Shown here piece by piece: positions 8,034 to 18,568 of a DNA stretch of 33,809 nucleotides (its first letter is position 1; every line of letters begins with the position of its first letter). The stretch is from Ruminococcus sp. UBA946. GTDB lineage: Bacteria; Bacillota; Clostridia; Oscillospirales; Ruminococcaceae. The notes under the pieces are model-generated. The model was not told the origin of the DNA and did no database searches. It saw nothing but the letters and a program-made list of their open reading frames with translations. The stretch spans positions 1 through 33,809 of the forward strand of contig DBCY01000080.1 in assembly GCA_002293295.1 (NCBI GenBank), given 5' to 3'. The position numbers were made by a program, and so were the translations under genes.

Positions 8034-9499
8034 TTTTTATACACCTGTTTCGTATTGAATTTGTTTTTATGCCATTCTGTGTTCAGCTGATAAATCCTCG
8101 CGGCGTTTATTAATGTATTTTCTGAAAAAGCGGCTCCTATCAGCTGAAAGCCAACCGGCATTTTATTACGGTCAAAACCGCAGGGGAGCGATATTGCGGG
8201 CAGCCCTGCGAGATTAACGGAAACTGTGTAAATATCCCCCATGTACATTTTCAGCGGGTCGCTGATATTTTCACCGATTTTATATGCGGTGGTCGGAGCC
8301 ACGGGTGAAAGGATTATATCATATCTCCCGAACAATGAGTCATATGCGTTTTTGATTAAGCTTCTTGCATGAAGAGCCTTTTTATAAAAAGCGTCGTAAT
8401 ACCCGCTTGACAATACAAAAGAACCGAGCATTATCCTGCGTTTTACCTCAAGCCCGAACCCCTCGCTTCTCGAAAACCTGTAAACCTCCGGAAGAGTCTG
8501 AGCTTTTTGGCTTCTGTATCCATACTTTATACCGTCATAGCGGGACAGGTTCGACGATGCTTCCGCACAGGCGATGATGTAATACGCTTCAACGGCATAA
8601 TCCATCAGCGGCATATCAAATTCTTCGAGTTCAGCCCCCGTTTTTTCAAGCTCCTTAGCGGCATTAATAACAGCATTGCCCACATCATCATCCAGTTCCT
8701 TATTAAAATAATTGCGGGGAATACCTATTCTGATTCCTTTTTGAGTTTGTGTCTCAGACTTGAAATCAAACGGTTTTTCAAGCGTACAGGTGCCGTCCAT
8801 GCCGTCTTTGCCCGAAATGACGGACAGAAGGGCGGCGCAGTCGTCTGCGTTTTTACCGATTGGTCCGATTTGGTCCAGCGATGAAGCGTATGCTATAAGA
8901 CCGTATCTTGATACCGCCCCGTATGTCGGTTTTATTCCCGTAACGCTGCAGAACGAGCAGGGCTGGCGAATGCTTCCGCCCGTATCAGAGCCTAATGACA
9001 ACGGGATTTCCCCCGCAGCAACGCCCGCAGCCGAACCGCCCGAAGAACCGCCTGCGACGCGGTTTATATCCCAAGGATTTTTGACAGTGCCTAACGCTCC
9101 CGTTTCGCTTGAGCCGCCCATTGCGAATTCGTCCATGTTCATTTTTCCCAGTACAATCATACCGGCTTGTTCTAATCTGTCGGCAGCGGTCGCGTTATAT
9201 ACCGGAACATAGCCTTTGAGCATTTTTGAAGCACAGGTAGTTTCAATATCAAGCGTCGAAATATTGTCTTTCAGCGAAACCGGCACACCCGCAAGAGCGG
9301 AAATATTTTCACCGCTGTCAATGCGTTTCTGAACAGCCTCAGCCTGCCTTAACGCCCTGTCCGCGGAAATTGTAATAAAGGTGTTGTATTTATTGTTATT
9401 TCCGCGGATTTTTTCAATATATGCCTCAGTTACCTCGGTTACGCTGTACTTTTTGTTTTTTATTGCCTTTGACAATTCAAGGGCTGTTATATCAAACAT
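8018..9499 (-). CDS. gatA: Asp-tRNA(Asn)/Glu-tRNA(Gln) amidotransferase subunit A (amidase signature family)
   Basis: 493 aa with the amidase signature GGSSGGSAAGVAAG, sitting in the gatC-gatA-gatB gene order. Confidence 0.95.
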   Translation of the reverse strand: MFDITALELSKAIKNKKYSVTEVTEAYIEKIRGNNNKYNTFITISADRALRQAEAVQKRIDSGENISALAGVPVSLKDNISTLDIETTCASKMLKGYVPVYNATAADRLEQAGMIVLGKMNMDEFAMGGSSETGALGTVKNPWDINRVAGGSSGGSAAGVAAGEIPLSLGSDTGGSIRQPCSFCSVTGIKPTYGAVSRYGLIAYASSLDQIGPIGKNADDCAALLSVISGKDGMDGTCTLEKPFDFKSETQTQKGIRIGIPRNYFNKELDDDVGNAVINAAKELEKTGAELEEFDMPLMDYAVEAYYIIACAEASSNLSRYDGIKYGYRSQKAQTLPEVYRFSRSEGFGLEVKRRIMLGSFVLSSGYYDAFYKKALHARSLIKNAYDSLFGRYDIILSPVAPTTAYKIGENISDPLKMYMGDIYTVSVNLAGLPAISLPCGFDRNKMPVGFQLIGAAFSENTLINAARIYQLNTEWHKNKFNTKQVYKKCGNR

Positions 9500-9511
9500 A
9501 GGTAAAAACCT

Positions 9512-9790
9512 CTATTCCTGAACTTTCGGCGAGATAAACATTTCATTGTTTTTTTCGGGAGCGTTTCTCAGAATCAGATTCCTGTCAAAAGACGGCGTTA
9601 CTGTATCTTTCCTTAATTCGTTAATACATTGCGGTTTTACGGGAATATCATCCGTTCCGAGTTCGCTAAGACGAGCCATTCCCTCCAGGATTTTTTCCAT
9701 ATCTCCTGCAATACGGATTTTTTCGTTATCCGTCAGATAAAGATATGATAAGTCTTCAAGATATGCAATCAGTTTTTCATCGATTAGCAT
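9512..9790 (-). CDS. gatC: Asp-tRNA(Asn)/Glu-tRNA(Gln) amidotransferase subunit C
   Basis: 92 aa, ending 12 nt upstream of the gatA start; GatC-like size and pattern. Confidence 0.85.
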   Translation of the reverse strand: MLIDEKLIAYLEDLSYLYLTDNEKIRIAGDMEKILEGMARLSELGTDDIPVKPQCINELRKDTVTPSFDRNLILRNAPEKNNEMFISPKVQE

Positions 9791-9812
9791 TTTTTATACC
9801 TCATTCTGAATT

Positions 9813-10325
9813 TTAAGCGAACGCCTTAAGATTAACAAGCTGTACCTCCATGCATTCGGGAATTTCACAAAGGCTGACGCCCTTGCCCCTGTCCCATTTT
9901 ACAGAATAGCTATTGCCTCCCATTATGACCTTAACGGCGCTTTTAAGCGTTTTCTGGTTCATCATAGCCGCAACGCCCGCAACACATACAGCTTCGGGGG
10001 TTACTTTTTTCAGTCCCTCCCCAAACTGCCAAAGCCTGGCTTTGATTAAATCCCCGTCTGTTGCCTCAGCAAAGACGATGCTGGCGCCTTTAGGGAAAAG
10101 GGGATGCGTTCCCAGAGCTTCTCCAAGCTCAGCGGCGTCAACCGCATCAATATCGTCGATAAAAACTGCGCCGTGGGGTGTTCCGAACGATAACGCCGTA
10201 ACCTTGTGGCATATTGAATTCAACATAAAAGGTTCATTGATACAAGTAGGGGTGGACGCGTGCAGAACGGGAACCAGGCAAGGTTCGGTTACGGGTTTTC
10301 CGTAAAAAATTTGTATGTTTTTCAT
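9813..10325 (-). CDS. Single-domain DapF-like protein (matches the C-terminal half of diaminopimelate epimerase; catalytic Cys motif absent)
   Basis: 170 aa with GGAGA RBS 8 nt upstream. It aligns by eye to E. coli DapF from about residue 115 onward: SFGTPHGAVFIDDIDAVD vs SMGNPHCVIQVDDVDTA, HPLFPKGASIVF vs HERFPERANIGF. The ACGSG active-site motif is replaced by TPEAV. Confidence 0.6.
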   Translation of the reverse strand: MKNIQIFYGKPVTEPCLVPVLHASTPTCINEPFMLNSICHKVTALSFGTPHGAVFIDDIDAVDAAELGEALGTHPLFPKGASIVFAEATDGDLIKARLWQFGEGLKKVTPEAVCVAGVAAMMNQKTLKSAVKVIMGGNSYSVKWDRGKGVSLCEIPECMEVQLVNLKAFA

Positions 10326-10361
10326 ATCTGAAATCTCCTTTATTATAAATTTGACTGAATT

Positions 10362-11783
<1,422 letters not shown>

Positions 11784-11826
11784 TTAAATTCTTGTTTTAT
11801 GACCCGTGATACGTTTTCTGTAATAC

Positions 11827-11855
11827 ATCATACCATACTTAAAACGATATTTCAA
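11827..11855 (-). promoter_or_regulatory. Sigma-A-type promoter of gdhA
   Basis: On the minus strand: TTGAAA (11855-11850), 17-nt spacer, TATGAT (11832-11827). Confidence 0.5.
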
Positions 11856-11991
11856 GGGGTTTGATTTAAAGTTCGCAGAAATTTAATATTTACAGTAAAT
11901 CACAGTAAAAATACTGCCTCATTCTGGTCGGGATACAAGTAAAGCGTCGGTATGTCAAAAACCGTTCTTGCGCCCAATAATATGTTTTTAT

Positions 11992-12933
11992 TTATTCAAA
12001 TTCAATGGTTGAGGGAGGTTTTGCGGTAATGTCATATAAAACCCTGCTCACATCTTTTATTTCATTTGTAATACGTTTTGATACGGAGGCAAGAAGGTCA
12101 TATGAGAGATGCGCAAAATCAGCGGTAACAAAGTCTGTTGTCATAACGGCGCGGAGCGCTATAACACTTCCGTAAATACGTTCCCCTCCGGCAACGCCGG
12201 TGGAACAGGTGTCTGTTAAAATGGCGAAATACTGGTTGAGTATCTTATCGGCGCCGGCGTTTTCGATTTCGCTCCTGAATATGAAATCGGCTTCACGCAG
12301 TATATCAAGCCGTTCCTTTGTTACCTCGCCGATACAGCGGACAGCAAGCCCCGGCCCGGGGAAGGGCTGGCGGTTTACGATATAGTCAGGGAGCGAAAGC
12401 TCCGAAGCCAATGACCGGACATCCTCTTTGTAAAGCATTTTCAAAGGCTCGATTAATCCTTTAAATCCTATGTTTTCAGGCAATCCGCCGACATTATGGT
12501 GCGATTTTACAAGCTTGCTGCCGTCCTCTCCGCTTTCAATAATATCGGGGTAAATAGTACCCTGCGCAAGAAAATCAATCCTGCCCAGCTTTTTTGCTTC
12601 TTCCTCAAAAACCCTTATAAATTCTTCGCCTATGATTTTTCGTTTTTGCTCCGGGTCGGTTACGCTTCTCAGCCTGGATAGAAATCTTTCCTCCGCATTG
12701 ACGCGGATAAAATTCAAATCTTTATTCCCAAAAGCTGCTTCTATTTCATTTCCTTCATTCTTCCGCATTAACCCCGTATCGACAAATATACAATACAGGC
12801 GTCTGCCGACGGCTCTTGTCAGCAGCTCCGCCAGAACCGAGCTGTCAACTCCGCCCGATAGCGCAAGCAAAACCTTGCCGTCTTTTACTGTTTCCCTGAT
12901 TTCCGCTATTGATTTATCAATAAAATCTTTCAT
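11992..12933 (-). CDS. guaA: GMP synthase ATP-pyrophosphatase/dimerisation subunit (GuaA C-terminal part only; no glutamine amidotransferase domain)
   Basis: 313 aa, colinear by eye with E. coli GuaA from about residue 210 to the end. P-loop LALSGGVDSSV, then KSHHNVGGLP, FPGPGLAVR, and C-terminus KPPSTIEFE. The ATG lies 1 nt after the carB stop. Confidence 0.9.
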   Translation of the reverse strand: MKDFIDKSIAEIRETVKDGKVLLALSGGVDSSVLAELLTRAVGRRLYCIFVDTGLMRKNEGNEIEAAFGNKDLNFIRVNAEERFLSRLRSVTDPEQKRKIIGEEFIRVFEEEAKKLGRIDFLAQGTIYPDIIESGEDGSKLVKSHHNVGGLPENIGFKGLIEPLKMLYKEDVRSLASELSLPDYIVNRQPFPGPGLAVRCIGEVTKERLDILREADFIFRSEIENAGADKILNQYFAILTDTCSTGVAGGERIYGSVIALRAVMTTDFVTADFAHLSYDLLASVSKRITNEIKDVSRVLYDITAKPPSTIEFE

Positions 12934-12934
12934 A

Positions 12935-15900
12935 TTATTGTCCTTTCCTGTGGTATTCCTGTAAAGAAAAGAGAGGAATATCCGCGTTTTTTATTTTTTC
13001 CGATATACCCTTAGACGCCGCTTTAGCCGCCGTCATCGTAGTTATATACGGTATATTATACCGTATTGCGGATTTGCGGATATACGAATCGTCGTTTTCG
13101 CTTTCAGTCGTTCCCGACGGAGTGTTGATTACAATATCAAGCTTGCGGTTCTTGATTAAATCGTCAATATTAGGTCTGCCTTCATATATTTTATTTATAA
13201 TATCGACGGGTAATCCGTTTTCTTTGAAATACGCTCCGCAGCCTCTGGTCGAGACGATTCTGAATCCCAGCTCACTAAGCGTTTTTGCGACTTCCAAAGC
13301 GGTTTTTCTGTCCTTTACCGCAACTGATATCAATGCCGAGCCTTTTAACGGAAGTATGGTTTTCGCCGCTTCCAGAGCCTTGTAAAAGCTGAGACCGAAG
13401 TTTTCGGACAACCCCAGCGTTTCGCCTGTTGAACGCATTTCCGGTCCCAGTACGGGGTCAACCTCAGGGAACATGTTAAAGGGCAGAACGGCTTCTTTCA
13501 CACCATAATAACGCAGGGGAGCGGTCTTCATTTCATCGGGGCTTATTTTTTCATCCGTATAAGGCGACATGAGCAGTCTTGTCGCCAGATTTACCATATT
13601 TATGTTGCAGACCTTTGATACCAAGGGCACTGTCCTCGAAGCCCTCGGATTCGCTTCCAGAACATAGACCTTGCCGCTCTGAATTGCATATTGTATGTTC
13701 ATCAGTCCGCAAACACCCAGTTCGGCAGCGATTTTACGTGTGTATTCTTGTATGAGTGAATTTTGTTCTTCCGTGATATTCACCGTGGGGATTACACAAG
13801 CGGAATCACCCGAATGAACGCCGGCATATTCGATATGCTCCATGACAGCCGGGACAAAAGCGCTCCCGTTTTCGGCTACAGCGTCGGCTTCACATTCAAG
13901 GGCATTGTCAAGAAAACGGTCGATCAGCACAGGCGCTTCGTCGCTGATATACTGACTGTTTTCACTCATATATTTTTTCAGCCGCTCATCGTCAAAAACA
14001 ATCTCCATGGCCCTCCCGCCAAGAACATAGGAGGGTCTTGCCATTACGGGATAACCGATACTTCCGGCGACTTTTACCGCTTCCTTCAGGTTGTGCGCCA
14101 TACCCGATTCAGGCATGGGAATATCCATCTGCTCCATTTTTTTACGGAATAAATCCCTGTCCTCCGCGACGGCTATAACTTCGGGCGTTGTCCCCAGAAT
14201 TTTCACACCCGCCTGCTTCAGCTCCATTGCGACATTAAGAGGCGTCTGTCCGCCGAACTGTACTATTGCGCCAAGCGGATTTTCATGTCGGCATATAGAT
14301 AAGACATCTTCAACCGTAAGCGGTTCAAAATAAAGCTTATCGGAAGAGTCATAATCGGTTGAAACAGTTTCGGGGTTGCAATTGACCATAATCGTTTCAA
14401 ATCCCGATTCCTTAAGTGCGAAGGAAGCGTGTACGCAGCAGTAGTCGAACTCAATACCCTGCCCGATTCTGTTCGGGCCTCCGCCCAGGATAATAACCTT
14501 TTTTCCGTCAGTCAGGAGCTTTTTTGGCTGATATTCCCTGCTCAGTATACCAAGACCGTTATATGTTGAATAATAGTATTCGGCTTCGGCTCCGCTGACA
14601 GGGATAACATCCCACTCCTGTTCAATTTTCAGGGATTGTCTTTGCATTCGGATATATTCTTCGGGGACTTCCAGCAGCATTGCCAGATATTTATCCGCAA
14701 AGCCTTCTTTTTTCGCTTTTATCAGCAGTTCATCGGGTAAAACCCTCTTTTTGTATGACAGGATTTCAGTTTCGGTTTCAACAAGCTCTTTTATTTGCTG
14801 TAAAAAATACGGTTTAATATATGAAATGCTGTTTATTGTTTCAATGTCAATACCCTTCCTCAGAGCTTCATATATAGCAAAATACCTTTCAGAGTTTGGC
14901 GTTGAAATCAATTCCGATAATTCCGAGTTACTCATCATATTAAAATTTTTAGCAAATCCCAGACCGTACCGCCCTGTTTCAAGCGAACGCACAGCTTTTT
15001 GGAACGCTTCCTTGAATGTCCTGCCGATACTCATTACTTCGCCTACGGCTTTCATCTGCGCGCCGAGTTTATCTTCTATTCCGCCGAATTTCTCAAAAGC
15101 CCACCGTGCGAACTTTAATACGGTGTAATCACCGTAAGGTTCGTATTTATCCAGCGTTTTATCTTTCCAGTACGGAATTTCGTCAAGCGTTAAGCCGGCT
15201 GCCAGCAATGACGAAACATAGGCTATCGGGAACCCCGTCGCTTTTGAGGCTAAAGCCGACGAACGGGATGTACGCGGGTTAATTTCAATAACAACTATCC
15301 TGCCGGTTTCAGGATTATGAGCGAACTGCACGTTCGTACCGCCGATAACCCCTATTTCGGAAACTATATCAAATGCGGTTTTTCTGAGCTTATCCTGCAA
15401 TTCTACGCTTATTGTAAGCATAGGGGCGGCGCAGAAGGAATCCCCGGTGTGAACGCCCATAGGGTCAATGTTTTCTATCATACAAACCGCGACCATCTGA
15501 TTTTTTGAATCGCGTACGACTTCAACTTCCAGCTCTTCCCAGCCCAGAACGCTTTCTTCGATTAAAAGCTGTCCTATCATCGAAGCCTGAAGACCTCTGT
15601 TTGCGACCTCACTCAGCTCTTCCGCGTTATACACAACACCGCCGCCCGTTCCTCCCATAGTGAAAGCTGGTCTTATAATAACGGGATAACCTAAAATACC
15701 GGCGGATTTTTCAGCTTCAGCAATTGATAACGCTTCATAGCTTTCCGGCATTTCAACTCCTAATCTGTCCATAGTTTGTTTGAACTTAATCCTGTCCTCG
15801 CCGCGTTCTATTGCGTCTGAACTGACTCCTATAACCTTTACTCCGTATTTTTCCAGAATACCCGCTTTCTGCAGTTCAAGGCTCAGATTAAGCCCCGACT

Positions 15901-16177
15901 GCCCGCCTAGATTCGGTAATAAAGCGTCGGGTCTTTCTTTAGCGATTATTCCGGTCAGGCTGGAAACATTCAGCGGTTCAATATAAGTAATATCGGCGGT
16001 AGCCGGGTCTGTCATAATTGTCGCCGGATTGGAATTAACTAGTATAATTTTATATCCCAGTCCACGCAAAGCCTTGCATGCCTGTGTTCCCGAATAGTCG
16101 AACTCACAAGCCTGCCCTATAATAATAGGTCCCGAACCTATTATTAAAACTGAGTTTATGTCCGTTCTTTTAGGCAT
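12935..16177 (-). CDS. carB: Carbamoyl-phosphate synthase large subunit
   Basis: 1080 aa from ATG 16177 (GAGAGGA 9 nt upstream); the ORF track opens at TTG 16195. N-terminus MPKRTDINSVLIIGSGPIIIGQACEFDYSG, a duplicated ATP-grasp half (VIILGGGPNRIGQGIEFDYC), and an MGS-like tail. Confidence 0.95.
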   Translation of the reverse strand: MPKRTDINSVLIIGSGPIIIGQACEFDYSGTQACKALRGLGYKIILVNSNPATIMTDPATADITYIEPLNVSSLTGIIAKERPDALLPNLGGQSGLNLSLELQKAGILEKYGVKVIGVSSDAIERGEDRIKFKQTMDRLGVEMPESYEALSIAEAEKSAGILGYPVIIRPAFTMGGTGGGVVYNAEELSEVANRGLQASMIGQLLIEESVLGWEELEVEVVRDSKNQMVAVCMIENIDPMGVHTGDSFCAAPMLTISVELQDKLRKTAFDIVSEIGVIGGTNVQFAHNPETGRIVVIEINPRTSRSSALASKATGFPIAYVSSLLAAGLTLDEIPYWKDKTLDKYEPYGDYTVLKFARWAFEKFGGIEDKLGAQMKAVGEVMSIGRTFKEAFQKAVRSLETGRYGLGFAKNFNMMSNSELSELISTPNSERYFAIYEALRKGIDIETINSISYIKPYFLQQIKELVETETEILSYKKRVLPDELLIKAKKEGFADKYLAMLLEVPEEYIRMQRQSLKIEQEWDVIPVSGAEAEYYYSTYNGLGILSREYQPKKLLTDGKKVIILGGGPNRIGQGIEFDYCCVHASFALKESGFETIMVNCNPETVSTDYDSSDKLYFEPLTVEDVLSICRHENPLGAIVQFGGQTPLNVAMELKQAGVKILGTTPEVIAVAEDRDLFRKKMEQMDIPMPESGMAHNLKEAVKVAGSIGYPVMARPSYVLGGRAMEIVFDDERLKKYMSENSQYISDEAPVLIDRFLDNALECEADAVAENGSAFVPAVMEHIEYAGVHSGDSACVIPTVNITEEQNSLIQEYTRKIAAELGVCGLMNIQYAIQSGKVYVLEANPRASRTVPLVSKVCNINMVNLATRLLMSPYTDEKISPDEMKTAPLRYYGVKEAVLPFNMFPEVDPVLGPEMRSTGETLGLSENFGLSFYKALEAAKTILPLKGSALISVAVKDRKTALEVAKTLSELGFRIVSTRGCGAYFKENGLPVDIINKIYEGRPNIDDLIKNRKLDIVINTPSGTTESENDDSYIRKSAIRYNIPYITTMTAAKAASKGISEKIKNADIPLFSLQEYHRKGQ

Positions 16178-16354
16178 TATAACCAGTCCTCTCAAGTATT
16201 TTTTTATTTGCTAAAACGCTTCCTGTTCTCCCGGTAAAACAGCCTGTGCTGAAGAGCCAGCAATCCGTTATAAACAATACCCGGCGCTCCCTTTATTTTT
16301 AAGCTTACCCCGAACACAGCGCATTCCTCGTTCGGTTTATCTGTGTAAAACGAT

Positions 16355-16924
16355 TTATTTATCATACTCGTTCAGTATTCCTTCTGCGATTTCACGCCTT
16401 GTCCTGCGTTCATCCATCGCTTGTTTTTCTATATGGCGGTGCGCTTCCTGCTCGTTCATACCCCTAAAAGATATCAGCATGCATTTTGCGCGGCCAATAA
16501 CCCGGATGTCTTCAATTTTCCGTTTAAGCAGGGAGTTCTCTGAATGCATGCGGAGAACCCTGCTGTGAGCAGATTTTGCAAAGGCAAGCGCGGAGCGGAA
16601 TAATGCCTTGTTTATCGGTTTTGACACAGTCAGAACACCATCGTTTTCGCACACTGACGATACCTCGTCAAAATACTCGTTTTTAACCGCCAGTATTACC
16701 TGAGAAAGCCCGGAGGACGCGACATGGCGCGAAAACCTTTCGCCGGATTCATCTTTAAGCATGGCGTTGACAACGATTAAGTCAAAACTGCGTTCTAAAA
16801 GAAGACGCCTTGCCTCGGCGCAGGATTTTACGGCTGTTATATGCGTTATTGCGGCGCTGCTCAGAGTTTCGTTAAAAACTGCCGTTGCTTTATCAGAATT
16901 TGACACTATAAGAGCGGTTTCCAT
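16355..16924 (-). CDS. ANTAR-domain RNA-binding antiterminator with a receiver-like N-terminal domain lacking the phospho-acceptor Asp
   Basis: C-terminal ANTAR pattern IEDIRVIGRAKCMLISFRGMNEQEAHRHIEKQAMDERRTRREIAEGIL. The receiver beta3 reads FDLIVVNAML, with N where D is expected. ATG at 16924 follows GGAGG; the track start at 16936 is a GTG inside the RBS. Confidence 0.8.
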   Translation of the reverse strand: METALIVSNSDKATAVFNETLSSAAITHITAVKSCAEARRLLLERSFDLIVVNAMLKDESGERFSRHVASSGLSQVILAVKNEYFDEVSSVCENDGVLTVSKPINKALFRSALAFAKSAHSRVLRMHSENSLLKRKIEDIRVIGRAKCMLISFRGMNEQEAHRHIEKQAMDERRTRREIAEGILNEYDK

Positions 16925-16962
16925 TACAGCCGTCACCTCCTCTTCGTTCTGATACCGGGCTG

Positions 16963-18285
16963 TTAAAAAATGCCGAAATACCGCTCGGTGTAAAAATCCG
17001 ATTTTATTTTTTCTTTTTCAAAATCATCTGATTCTCTTTGTTTTATTGAAATATATTTTTTCAGCATTTCCGTTCCTACTGTATTTTTAATAAATTCGCT
17101 GCCGGCGGCATTGGAGACCGCTTCTCCGAGCGTTCCGGGGAGTCTTGCGAGATTTTCGGTAATGCTCTTGCCGGCAGTGAATAAATCCTCGTTAATCGCT
17201 TCGGATAACGGTAGATTGTTTTCAATACCGTCAAGCCCTGCCGATATGATTAAGGCAAGCGTCAGGTAAGGATTCACCGACGGGTCGGGCGAACGAAGCT
17301 CCATTCTCATTTTTTCGCCGTTTGCCGCAGGTATGCGAATCAGCTGGGAACGGTTCTGATGCGACCATGAAATATATTCAGGCGCTTCATATTCCCCGAA
17401 CCGTTCATATGAGTTCGCCAGGGGATTAAGGAACAGAGTAATTTCAGGTATTTTATAAAGAATACCCGCTATAAAGCTTTCAACAGCCGCGTTATGAATG
17501 CCGTCAGCCGAGCTTTTGAATATATTTTTTCCGTTTTGCGATAATGATATGTTTATATGAAGTCCGTTGCCCGGAGCGCTTAATACAGGTTTAGGCATAA
17601 ATGACGCAAACAGCCCGTTTCTGGCGGCAATAGCCTTAACCACGGACTTGAAGGTCTGAAGATTGTCCGCGCACTCAAGCGCGCCGCTGAAACGGAAATC
17701 TATTTCATTCTGCCCCGGACCCTGCTCATGATGAGAGCTTTCGGGTTTTAAGCCCATTTCCTCAAGGGTCAGGCATATTTCACGGCGGATATCCTCTCCC
17801 TTGTCAAGCGGCGACATATCAAGATAACCGCCTTTATCAAAGGGTATTTCGGTTGGATTTCCGTTTTCGTCTGTCTTAAACAGGTAAAATTCGCATTCCG
17901 TTCCGATTTTGCATACGTATCCCATTTTTACCGCACGTTCCTCAGCATTTCTTAGAAGTTCACGGCTGTCCCGGGAAAAAGGCGTACCGTCAGGGTTTCT
18001 TATGTCGCAGAAGAACCTTGCGACTCTTCCCGAACCGGGACGCCATGGCAATATGGCAATGGTTGCGGGGTCGGGATGCAAAAACAGGTCGGAACGGTCA
18101 ACGTCCCTGAAGCCGTTTACGGCGTGCGCGTCAAATGAAACGCCGTATTCAAACGCTGTCTGTAATTCATCCGCCATAATAGAGATATTTTTTTGGAATC
18201 CGAAAATATCACAGAAATTCAAACGTATGAACTTAATGTCGTTTTCTCTGATAAACTCAAGGGTTTCCTGATGTGTGCCGTTCAT
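16963..18285 (-). CDS. glnA: Glutamine synthetase, type I
   Basis: 440 aa with N-terminal beta-grasp (IKFIRLNFCDIFGFQKNISI) and catalytic-domain motifs (KPVLSAPGNGLHINISL, NRSQLIRIP). AAAGGAGAA RBS. Confidence 0.95.
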   Translation of the reverse strand: MNGTHQETLEFIRENDIKFIRLNFCDIFGFQKNISIMADELQTAFEYGVSFDAHAVNGFRDVDRSDLFLHPDPATIAILPWRPGSGRVARFFCDIRNPDGTPFSRDSRELLRNAEERAVKMGYVCKIGTECEFYLFKTDENGNPTEIPFDKGGYLDMSPLDKGEDIRREICLTLEEMGLKPESSHHEQGPGQNEIDFRFSGALECADNLQTFKSVVKAIAARNGLFASFMPKPVLSAPGNGLHINISLSQNGKNIFKSSADGIHNAAVESFIAGILYKIPEITLFLNPLANSYERFGEYEAPEYISWSHQNRSQLIRIPAANGEKMRMELRSPDPSVNPYLTLALIISAGLDGIENNLPLSEAINEDLFTAGKSITENLARLPGTLGEAVSNAAGSEFIKNTVGTEMLKKYISIKQRESDDFEKEKIKSDFYTERYFGIF

Positions 18286-18528
18286 ATTAAATTCTCCTTT
18301 TATCTGTATGCAGATTATCTGCCGTTTTGTTACTTACTTTGTTATTAAATTTTACGGTATATATTATTTGTGACTGTAAAAAATGGTTACTATACTATTA
18401 AACAACAAAAAATCGATTCCGTCAATAGTATTATGATTATTAAGTCAAATAAATTACTCTGCGGGGGTTTATTTTCAGTATTATTGACTTCAGACAGCAT
18501 TTTAACCGGCAAACCAACGAAAATATAC

Positions 18529-18557
18529 CAAAAAGCTCAGCCGTAAATTGAGCCTCT
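18529..18557 (-). terminator. Probable terminator after purB
   Basis: Minus-strand RNA GAGGCTCA-ATTTACGGC-TGAGCTTT, with core GCTCA/TGAGC plus A-U and G-U extension, followed by TTTTTGG. Confidence 0.5.
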
Positions 18558-18568
18558 CACATATATTC

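Noticed and set aside
16196-16354. ANTAR dual-hairpin target in the leader between the ANTAR gene and carB
   Set aside because: I scanned all AxxGxx hexamers for flanking complementarity and found none with a stem of 4 bp or more. Only weak alternative pairings appear (GCTG/CAGC/GCTG, CTGTT/AACAG). This needs a covariance-model search before any claim.
18286-18528. TnrA/GlnR box (TGTNAN7TNACA), glutamine riboswitch or ANTAR target in the glnA leader
   Set aside because: No match to the 17-bp TnrA/GlnR consensus. Only small alternative hairpins (GCAGA-taa-TCTGC / ATCTG-cata-CAGAT) lie next to the RBS, which is too weak to call.
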